Positions 63,470 through 64,000 of a DNA stretch of 64,000 nucleotides are shown one piece after another; within the stretch, counting starts at the first letter, position 1, and each line of letters starts with the position of its first letter. The notes beneath the pieces are model-generated. The model was not told the DNA's origin. It did no database searches and saw only the letters and a program-made list of their open reading frames with translations. Source of the stretch: Antedon mediterranea (Eukaryota > Animalia > Echinodermata); assembly GCF_964355755.1 (NCBI RefSeq), contig NC_092674.1, positions 2,542,001 to 2,606,000 of the forward strand, in the 5' to 3' direction. The translations under genes and the position numbers were made by a program.

Positions 63470-64000
63470 AATAAACTCTCATCAACATATTCTTATCAAC
63501 ATTTTCTTATCAAATCTCATCAACTTATTCTCATCAATTTATTATTATCAATTCATTCTTATCAACTTATTCCCATCAACATATTTCTTTATCCTTAATA
63601 ATAATAAATATAATAATAATAAATAATATGTTTATACAGGATAAAATAATCGGATAACAGTGTATCTGTTTTACATTGTGGTCCTGTCTTAATCAAAATA
63701 TACAAAAGAGAAACTTAATTAAATATAATACAGTGTTTATGAAAAGAAATGAGATTTGTATCTAGCCTTAAAGGACGTAATTGTTGTTGCCGATTTAATA
63801 TTAATTGGTAACTGTTCCATATTTTTGCGCCTGCAACTTTAAAGGACGAATTCATTTTACTAAGGGTGTATTTAGGTATTGTTACATTCAAATGTTCTAC
63901 TCCGCGTGTTAAGTGGATTCTTTTCGATATTATCAACTTATATTCATCAACTTTCCTATCAACTTATTCTCATCAACTTTCTTATCAGCTTATTCTCATC
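63470..64000. repeat. ATCAAC(T/A)TATTCTC-type short repeat interrupted by a degraded LINE-like 3' fragment (~63640-63930, - strand)
   Basis: Repeat blocks at 63470-63590 and 63930-64000. The intervening minus frame SSFKVAGAKIWNS resembles L2/CR1 C termini. Confidence 0.55.

Overview
AT-rich, intron-containing animal genomic DNA. A non-vertebrate deuterostome such as an echinoderm is my inference; the sequence does not prove it. Eight protein-coding genes could be assembled by reading GT/AG boundaries and exon phase: (1) the 5' part of mannose-6-phosphate isomerase (-); (2) a complete ENOX-family RRM gene (+), head-to-head with it; (3) a 7-exon gene (-) that starts with a degenerate PARG-like domain and continues into a giant exon of AKAP-type amphipathic helices; (4) a CD38/BST1-family ADP-ribosyl cyclase (+) with type I membrane topology; (5) a TIR-less LRR transmembrane receptor (+); (6) an SLC19A transporter (-); (7) a 13-finger C2H2 zinc-finger gene (+); (8) the 5' part of a probable adhesion GPCR with a Ly6/uPAR-like domain (+). 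Non-coding DNA is dense with mobile elements and repeats: nested long-TIR foldback elements with clean TSDs, a ~3 kb diverged palindrome, ~20 copies of a Harbinger-like MITE, tRNA-derived SINEs, a young 5'-truncated LINE inside a 16-bp satellite, and several minisatellites that generate spurious ORFs. The best candidate for an undescribed system is the pseudo-PARG/multi-AKAP gene, transcribed divergently from the ADP-ribosyl cyclase. Exon coordinates are manual and may be off by a few bases. All family calls rest on motif recognition, not database searches.
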